Notes under the pieces: model-generated
Told to the model about the DNA's origin: nothing
What the model saw: the letters and a program-made list of their open reading frames with translations, nothing else
Databases searched by the model: none
Source of the DNA: Candidatus Omnitrophota bacterium
GTDB taxonomy: Bacteria > Omnitrophota > Gorgyraeia > Zapsychrales > JANLHA01
Reading direction: 5' to 3'
Assembly: GCA_020632535.1 (NCBI GenBank)
Contig: JACKFJ010000002.1
Coordinates: 318,331 to 382,330, forward strand
DNA: 64,000 nucleotides
Translations under genes and position numbers: made by a program
Shown: positions 56,957 through 64,000 of the stretch, piece after piece
How the letters are laid out: the number at the start of each line of letters is the position of its first letter
How positions within the stretch are numbered: the first letter of the stretch is position 1

Positions 56957-58069
56957 ATGAAAGACGCGATTTTATATCTGGAAGACGGTACGGTTTTTAA
57001 CGGCCAGTCTTTGACGGTCAGTGGAGAAACGACAGGAGAAGTTGTCTTTAATACCGCGATGAGCGGTTATCAAGAAATTTTGACTGATCCATCTTATGCC
57101 GGCCAGATTGTCGTCATGACATATCCTTTGATCGGCAATTATGGCGTTAACGACCAAGATGTCGAATCTTCCAAAGTTCACGTTAAAGGTTTTATTGCCA
57201 AAGAATTTTGCCGTCATCATTCCAATCAGCGCGCCACCAAAAGTCTCATTCAATATTTAGAAGATAATCACATTATCGCCATGGAAGGGTTCGATACTCG
57301 TGCTTTGACGCGTCATCTGCGTGTGTCCGGCGCGATGAAGGGCATGATATCGACGGTAGATTTTGACATAGCCAGTTTGGCAGCCAAGCTCAAGGCATCT
57401 CCATCCATGGAAAATACCGATTGGGTTAAGACTGTTACGAGTCCCAAGTCGTACTTTTGGCCTGCGACCGGTGTTTACAAAGGCGCCCCGCTTTATAAAG
57501 TCGCGGCGATTGATTGTGGCATTAAGACAAATATTTTACGTATTTTAGCTAAACTTGGATGCGATGTGCACGTCTTTCCAGCCGATGCCGCTTTTGAGCA
57601 GATGATGTCCGTTAAACCCGACGGACTGTTTATTTCAAACGGCCCGGGAGATCCAGTGTCCGTTCCATATGTTATGAAAACGGTTCAAAAATTCTTTGGA
57701 AAATTGCCAGTGTTCGGAATTTGTTTGGGTCATCAAATATTAGGATTAGCTTTGGGTGGAAGTACGTATAAATTGAAATTTGGTCACCATGGCGCTAATC
57801 ATCCTGTCAAAGATATGGTTGATAATCGTGTTAGTATTACATCGCAAAATCACAATTATTGCGTCGACATGGACAGTCTTGATTCAAATGAAGTTGAAAT
57901 GATTGATGTGAATTTGAATGATCGCACAGTTGAGGGGTTGAAACATAAAAAGTTTCCGATTTATTCGATTCAATATCATCCCGAATCTTGTCCGGGACCG
58001 CGCGACGCGGAATATTTGTTCAATGGTTTTATTGCTTCAATGAAAGAATATAAAAAAGCGAAAGTCTAA
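56957..58069 (+). CDS. carA: Carbamoyl-phosphate synthase small (glutaminase) subunit
   Basis: [28 protein letters not shown], nucleophile FGICLGHQ and IQYHPE. Confidence 0.95.
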   Translation: MKDAILYLEDGTVFNGQSLTVSGETTGEVVFNTAMSGYQEILTDPSYAGQIVVMTYPLIGNYGVNDQDVESSKVHVKGFIAKEFCRHHSNQRATKSLIQYLEDNHIIAMEGFDTRALTRHLRVSGAMKGMISTVDFDIASLAAKLKASPSMENTDWVKTVTSPKSYFWPATGVYKGAPLYKVAAIDCGIKTNILRILAKLGCDVHVFPADAAFEQMMSVKPDGLFISNGPGDPVSVPYVMKTVQKFFGKLPVFGICLGHQILGLALGGSTYKLKFGHHGANHPVKDMVDNRVSITSQNHNYCVDMDSLDSNEVEMIDVNLNDRTVEGLKHKKFPIYSIQYHPESCPGPRDAEYLFNGFIASMKEYKKAKV

Positions 58070-58097
58070 CTATTTTAAGAAGCGAAGTATAAGTCCC

Positions 58098-58168
58098 ATT
58101 GCGAGGAGCGAAGCGACGAAGCAACCTGTCAACAGATTGCCGCGTCGCCCTAAAGGGCTCCTCGCAAT
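58098..58168. repeat. 71-nt GC-rich extended palindromic hairpin element between carA and carB
   Basis: Perfect 12-bp outer inverted repeat ATTGCGAGGAGC (58098-58109) with GCTCCTCGCAAT (58157-58168). Nested GCGACG (58113-58118) with CGTCGC (58143-58148), and GCAA (58121-58124) with TTGC (58137-58140). Confidence 0.6.
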
Positions 58169-58178
58169 AATAAAGCAT

Positions 58179-61100
58179 ATGCCAAAACGTACAGACATTA
58201 AAAAGATTTTACTCTTAGGCTCCGGCCCGATTGTTATCGGTCAAGCTTGTGAGTTCGATTATTCAGGAACGCAGGCATGTAAAGCTTTGCGTGAAGAAGG
58301 CTTTCAAATCGTGTTGGCTAATTCCAACCCGGCTACGATTATGACCGATCCCGAATTATCACACGCGACATATATTGAGCCTTTGACACCAGAATTTATT
58401 GAATACATCATTCAGGTTGAACGTCCTGACGCTATTCTTCCGACATTGGGTGGCCAAACTGCTTTGAATCTTGCCATGAAATTGTGGGAAAAAGGTGTTT
58501 TGCAAAAATACAATGTCAAAATGCTTGGCGCCAATTATGACGTCATTAAAAAAGCCGAAGATCGTCAGGAATTTAAAAAGGCAGTTCTTAAAGTTGGGCT
58601 AGATGTTCCGCGTAGTGCGTTTGCGCATAATATGGGCGAAGCTTTGCTTGCCGCGCAGGAAATTGGATATCCCTTGATTGTTCGTCCGTCGTATACATTA
58701 GGCGGGACCGGTGGGGGTATCGCGCGCACTCAGGAAGAATTTGAAAAGATCGCGGCGCTCGGAATCGAAAGTTCAATGATTAATGAGGTTTTGATTGAAG
58801 AATCCATCGAAGGTTGGAAAGAATATGAACTCGAAGTCATGCGTGATAATAAAGACAATGTTGTGATTGTCTGCTCGATTGAAAATTTAGACGCCATGGG
58901 CGTGCATACCGGCGACAGTATCACAGTTGCTCCTGCGCAAACTTTGACGGACCGTGAATATCAAGATATGCGTGACGCGGCGCTTGTTCTGATTCGCGAA
59001 ATTGGTGTTGAGACCGGCGGTTCTAATATTCAGTTTGCTATTGATCCTAAAAGTGGCCGCATGATTGTTATTGAAATGAATCCGCGCGTGTCTCGCAGTT
59101 CTGCTTTGGCTAGCAAGGCGACGGGTTTTCCGATTGCTAAATTTGCCGCTAAACTTGCGGTAGGTTATTCACTCGACGAGATTCAGAATGATATTACACG
59201 CGAAACACCGGCTTCATTTGAACCGGTCATTGATTATTGTGTGGTCAAAGCCCCGCGTTTTACTTTTGAAAAGTTTCCGGAAGCTAAAGATATTTTAGGC
59301 GTACAAATGAAGTCAGTAGGTGAAACGATGGCCATTGGCCGCACGTTTAAAGAAGCTTTGCAAAAAGCTTTGCGCGGTTTGGAAATCAAGCATATCGGTC
59401 TTGATAATAAGCAGGATTTTAATGATATTTCGGATGAAAAGATTCGTTTACGTCTTAAAGAACCTAATGCTTCACGCATTTTTTATGTGAAGTACGCATT
59501 GCAAAAAGGTCTTACGCTCAATGAGATTTATAAGATCAGTTTTATTGATCCGTGGTTTATCGCTCAGATTCAGCAAATCATTGATATGGAAAATAAATTG
59601 GTTGCGGCTTTTGCAAAAGATAAGACTCTCGATGTAAAATTATTGCGTAAGGCTAAAGAATATGGTTTTAGCGATCCGCAATTGGCCGCAATAACAGGTA
59701 AAAGTGAAGTCGAAATTCGTCGCTGGCGTAAAGATTTAGGTATTGTCGCGACTTTTAAACAAGTTGATACTTGCGCGGCTGAATTTGAAGCGCACACACC
59801 TTATTATTATTCGACATATGAATCGGAAGATGAAGCGATTCTTTTTGACGCAAAGATGAACGTTGGGAAAAAGGAAGTTCGTAAAAAGATTATGATTTTA
59901 GGCGGCGGTCCGAATCGTATTGGGCAGGGGATTGAGTTTGATTATTGCTGTTGTCATGCCGCGTTTGCTCTTAAAGATATGGGTTTTGAAACGATTATGG
60001 TTAATTCTAATCCGGAAACGGTTTCCACGGATTATGACACGTCTGATCGATTGTATTTTGAACCACTCACATTTGAAGATGTTATGAATATTATTGACGT
60101 GGAAAAACCCGACGGTGTCATTGTGCAGTATGGTGGGCAGACGCCGTTGAATCTCGCTAAACGTTTGCATGACGCCGGTGTTAAAATCATTGGGACGACG
60201 GTCGATTCGATTGATCTTGCCGAAAATCGTGAACGGTTTTCTGCTTTTATTACGAAACTTGGCATTAGCCAGCCGGCAAATGGTTCTGCCGCATCTGTTG
60301 AAGAGGCCGTATCTGTCGCTCAGCAAATCGGTTATCCAGTTTTAGCGCGTCCGTCGTATGTTTTGGGAGGCCGGGCGATGCGCATTGTTTATGATCGCGA
60401 ATCGTTGTTGGATTTCATTGAAGAAGCTAAAGAAGTTTCGGATGGACATCCTATTCTTATTGATAAATTTGTTGAGGATGCCATTGAGGTTGATGTGGAC
60501 GCGATCTGTGACGGTGAGCACACCTATGTAGCTGGCATCATGGAACATATTGAGAATGCGGGGATTCATTCTGGTGATTCGGCGTGTGTTTTACCGCCAC
60601 ACACCTTAAGCGAGCAAATTGTTCGTGCGATCAAAACTAATACTTGTAAAATTGCCGAGGGATTGAAAGTTGTTGGGCTTTTGAATATACAATTTGCGAT
60701 CAAAGGCAGTAAAATTATGGTGCTAGAAGTCAATCCTCGTGCTTCGCGCACTGTACCGTTTGTAAGTAAAGCGTCCGGTTTACCCGTTGCAAAGATTGCT
60801 GCGCAAATTATGGCTGGGAAGAAAATTAAAGATTTTGACCTGTCCGTGCAATGTGAAGATTTGGCACATGTGGCTGTTAAGGAATCTGTTTTGCCATTTA
60901 GCCGGTTTTCCGGCGTGGATATTGTGCTCGGACCGGAAATGAAGTCTACCGGTGAGGTTATGGGCATCGCGGCAACGTTTGGCGAAGCCTTTGCCAAGTC
61001 GCAAATATCGGCCAATTCAGCCCTGCCGCGCAGTGGGAAGATCTTTGTTAGTGTCAAAGATGATGACAAGCGCAACGTGGCGTTTTTGGCCAAAAAACTC

Positions 61101-61466
61101 ATCGATATGAAGTTTACGATCATCGCGACTCGGGGTACGGCAAAGGTGCTTAAGTCGAGTGGAGTAGACGCGGAAATTGTTGATAAGCATGATGAGGGCA
61201 AAAACAATTTATTGACATTGATCCGAAAAAATGAGATAAACTTGATTATTAATACACCGTCCGGGAAGAAGAGTCAGTCTGATATGCGTTCAATACGGGC
61301 GGATGCGATTTTACATAACGTTCCTTGTATCACGACATTGCAAGGGGCTTGGGCCGCAGTTAACGGTATGGAAGCAATCATTGCTAAACAAATGTCCGTT
61401 CGTTCGCTGCAAAATTACTATAAAGGTAATGCCGTTAAAAAAAGCAATCCTTGTGAGGTTCGTTGA
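58179..61466 (+). CDS. carB: Carbamoyl-phosphate synthase large subunit
   Basis: The ATG at 58179 ([33 protein letters not shown]) lies after the hairpin element. Second half [21 protein letters not shown]. Two ATP-grasp units and an MGS-like C-terminus. Confidence 0.95.
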   Translation: MPKRTDIKKILLLGSGPIVIGQACEFDYSGTQACKALREEGFQIVLANSNPATIMTDPELSHATYIEPLTPEFIEYIIQVERPDAILPTLGGQTALNLAMKLWEKGVLQKYNVKMLGANYDVIKKAEDRQEFKKAVLKVGLDVPRSAFAHNMGEALLAAQEIGYPLIVRPSYTLGGTGGGIARTQEEFEKIAALGIESSMINEVLIEESIEGWKEYELEVMRDNKDNVVIVCSIENLDAMGVHTGDSITVAPAQTLTDREYQDMRDAALVLIREIGVETGGSNIQFAIDPKSGRMIVIEMNPRVSRSSALASKATGFPIAKFAAKLAVGYSLDEIQNDITRETPASFEPVIDYCVVKAPRFTFEKFPEAKDILGVQMKSVGETMAIGRTFKEALQKALRGLEIKHIGLDNKQDFNDISDEKIRLRLKEPNASRIFYVKYALQKGLTLNEIYKISFIDPWFIAQIQQIIDMENKLVAAFAKDKTLDVKLLRKAKEYGFSDPQLAAITGKSEVEIRRWRKDLGIVATFKQVDTCAAEFEAHTPYYYSTYESEDEAILFDAKMNVGKKEVRKKIMILGGGPNRIGQGIEFDYCCCHAAFALKDMGFETIMVNSNPETVSTDYDTSDRLYFEPLTFEDVMNIIDVEKPDGVIVQYGGQTPLNLAKRLHDAGVKIIGTTVDSIDLAENRERFSAFITKLGISQPANGSAASVEEAVSVAQQIGYPVLARPSYVLGGRAMRIVYDRESLLDFIEEAKEVSDGHPILIDKFVEDAIEVDVDAICDGEHTYVAGIMEHIENAGIHSGDSACVLPPHTLSEQIVRAIKTNTCKIAEGLKVVGLLNIQFAIKGSKIMVLEVNPRASRTVPFVSKASGLPVAKIAAQIMAGKKIKDFDLSVQCEDLAHVAVKESVLPFSRFSGVDIVLGPEMKSTGEVMGIAATFGEAFAKSQISANSALPRSGKIFVSVKDDDKRNVAFLAKKLIDMKFTIIATRGTAKVLKSSGVDAEIVDKHDEGKNNLLTLIRKNEINLIINTPSGKKSQSDMRSIRADAILHNVPCITTLQGAWAAVNGMEAIIAKQMSVRSLQNYYKGNAVKKSNPCEVR

Positions 61467-61483
61467 AGTCAAACGAACTTTTT
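61456..61483 (+). terminator. Intrinsic terminator overlapping the carB stop codon
   Basis: GTTCGTT (61458-61464), loop GAAGTCA, AACGAAC (61472-61478), then TTTTT (61479-61483). Confidence 0.7.
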
Positions 61484-61574
61484 GCGACTGAGGACGTAAT
61501 GTCCGAAGAAGTGCCGAGGCCATCCGGCCGAGGCTCATTAAATAGAGACAATAGATCTTTAGGGAGTTAAACTC

Positions 61575-62993
61575 ATGTGCGGTATTATTGGTATTTCCAA
61601 TCATAAAGATGCCGCGAAGATTGCTTTTTTAGGATTATACGCGCTTCAGCATCGTGGGGAAGAAGCTGCTGGCATCGCGACATATGACGGCAAAGACATT
61701 CATCTTGTAAAGAATCCCGGCTTAGTCGCTGACGCTGTTCCTGTCAATTCGCTTGATGAGCTCACGGGTCCGACCGCAATTGGTCACTGCCGTTATTCTA
61801 CGACGGGTTCCAGTAATTTTAAAAACATTCAACCGTTTCTTGTTATTCATCGCAAGCTTCCACTGGCTATTGCTCATAATGGTAATCTGACGAATACGGA
61901 AGAATTGTACCGCAAGTTAGAAGATGGCGGTTCGATTTTTCAGACGTCCATGGATTCAGAAATTATTGTGCATTTATTAGCGCGCACGCAAAATGGCAAT
62001 TATAAACAATGGTTTACGGATGTTCTTTCGCAATTAGAAGGTTCTTTTTCGTTGGTTTTCTTAATTGGTGACACGATTGTTGGCGCGCGCGATATCAAGG
62101 GATTTCGTCCATTGTGTTTAGGTAAGCTTGAAAATAGTTATGTCTTGGCGAGTGAAAGTTCCGCTTTGGATATTATGAAAGCGACATTTATTCGTGAGAT
62201 TGAGCCGGGTGAAATCGTGATTATCAAGGGCGATAAGTTAGAGTCGACATTTTTGCCTGGTCGTGAAAAAGGAAATAAAGCTCATTGTATTTTTGAAAAT
62301 GTGTATTTTGCTCGTCCGGACAGCCATATTTTTGACGATAATGTTTATAATGTCAGAAAACGTTTAGGTGAACAGCTGGCAATTGAGCATCCGGTCAAGA
62401 ATGCGGATTTTGTTATGCCTATTCCGGACTCAGGAATGTATGCGGCGCTCGGGTATTCCAAGAAATTAAACATTCCTTTTGAAATTGGTCTTATTCGCAA
62501 TCATTATATTGGCCGCACTTTTATTCAACCGACACAGTTTATTCGTGATTTTCGCGTGCGCGTTAAGCTGAATCCGATTCGAGATATCCTAAAGGGCAAA
62601 AAGGTTGTCGTTGTGGAGGATTCAATCGTGCGTGGGACAACGAGCCGCAATCGTATTGAGGTTTTGCGTGAAGCTGGTGTAAAGGAAATTCATTTGCGTA
62701 TAAGCTGTCCGCCGATTGTGTCGCCGTGTTTTTATGGCATTGATTTTCCTGATACCAAGGAATTGATTGCGGCAAATAAAAGTGTTAAAGAAATCGCAGA
62801 TTTTATTCAGGTGGATTCTTTAGAATATTTGAGTTTGGAAGGCATGCTTGGTGTTATGAAAAGCAGTAAAGATTTTTGTTCATCATGTTTTACAGGCAAA
62901 TATCCGGTTAAAATTCCTGAGAATACCAGCAAGTTTCTTCTTGAAGGAAAAACCGCAAGTCATTCGCATGGCAATAATCCACATAGTGGGTAA
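61575..62993 (+). CDS. purF: Amidophosphoribosyltransferase
   Basis: Ntn start MCGIIGI, GHCRYSTTG, PRTase loop VVVVEDSIVRGTT, and a C-terminal Cys-rich Fe-S region (CPPIVSPCFYGID...FCSSCFTGKYP). Confidence 0.95.
   Translation: MCGIIGISNHKDAAKIAFLGLYALQHRGEEAAGIATYDGKDIHLVKNPGLVADAVPVNSLDELTGPTAIGHCRYSTTGSSNFKNIQPFLVIHRKLPLAIAHNGNLTNTEELYRKLEDGGSIFQTSMDSEIIVHLLARTQNGNYKQWFTDVLSQLEGSFSLVFLIGDTIVGARDIKGFRPLCLGKLENSYVLASESSALDIMKATFIREIEPGEIVIIKGDKLESTFLPGREKGNKAHCIFENVYFARPDSHIFDDNVYNVRKRLGEQLAIEHPVKNADFVMPIPDSGMYAALGYSKKLNIPFEIGLIRNHYIGRTFIQPTQFIRDFRVRVKLNPIRDILKGKKVVVVEDSIVRGTTSRNRIEVLREAGVKEIHLRISCPPIVSPCFYGIDFPDTKELIAANKSVKEIADFIQVDSLEYLSLEGMLGVMKSSKDFCSSCFTGKYPVKIPENTSKFLLEGKTASHSHGNNPHSG

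Positions 62994-64000
<1,007 letters not shown>

Noticed and set aside
61484-61574. Purine, ZTP or PRPP riboswitch upstream of purF
   Set aside because: I could not find the conserved cores of these classes (for example the CCGCCUGGGC-type ZTP 3' element or the purine three-way junction loops). Only the GCCGAGGC direct repeat stands out.

Overview
This is an AT-rich bacterial chromosomal segment (roughly 40% GC by eye, not computed). Coding is almost entirely on one strand: of about 58 protein genes I accept, only ppa and dedA are on the minus strand. Many adjacent genes overlap start to stop (ATGA or TAATG), so they probably form long operons. The gene content points to a diderm cell: TamB-like protein, Lnt, ExbBD, an outer-membrane barrel, DsbD and peptidoglycan-binding lipoproteins. 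I cannot name the lineage from sequence alone.

Gene order, left to right:
- Envelope and redox genes: a membrane protein cut by the window edge, an SGNH-TPR protein, a TPR protein, DsbD and a periplasmic thioredoxin-fold protein.
- DUF47 and PiT phosphate uptake.
- Rrf2 regulator, sulfate ABC transporter (sbp-cysTWA) and cysK.
- A small Cys-containing protein and an OM barrel.
- Cytochrome bd (cydAB).
- feoA, feoB and a Cys-rich mini-protein.
- An ECF sigma, anti-sigma and CpxP/Spy-like module, followed by a ~250 bp remnant of a TolC/FtsX efflux operon.
- ppa, crcB, exbBD and dedA.
- An envelope operon: PG-binding lipoprotein, micro-ORF, YkgJ-like protein, mini-TamB, two paralogous receiver-like proteins and a second PG-binding lipoprotein.
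- sucCD, an orphan Pta N-terminal-domain protein, a thiolase and a methyltransferase.
- A nitrogen block: GAF-GAF-ANTAR, amtB, glnB, type III GS, a GATase, nadE and gltBD.
- A TPR lipoprotein, lnt and glpK-glpD.
- A stand-alone CHASE4-like protein and an IMPase-family protein.
- carAB, purF and the 5' part of pyrG.

I found no rRNA, tRNA, CRISPR array, IS element or prophage genes.

Most interesting observations:
1. The amtB leader, directly after the ANTAR gene, has a promoter, two hexaloop hairpins and a strong intrinsic terminator. This is a candidate ANTAR antitermination switch.
2. A clear deletion scar fuses a TolC-like N-terminus to an FtsX-like C-terminus.
3. Two tandem receiver-like paralogs lacking the phospho-Asp sit inside an envelope operon.
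4. An uncalled 31-aa Lys/Cys-rich micro-ORF has a tail resembling the FeoB-associated Cys-rich protein.
5. The long feoAB leader contains competing repeats and a terminator.
6. GC-rich structured elements occupy several intergenic spacers between 53 and 62 kb.

All product calls rest on motif recognition by eye. No database search was run.
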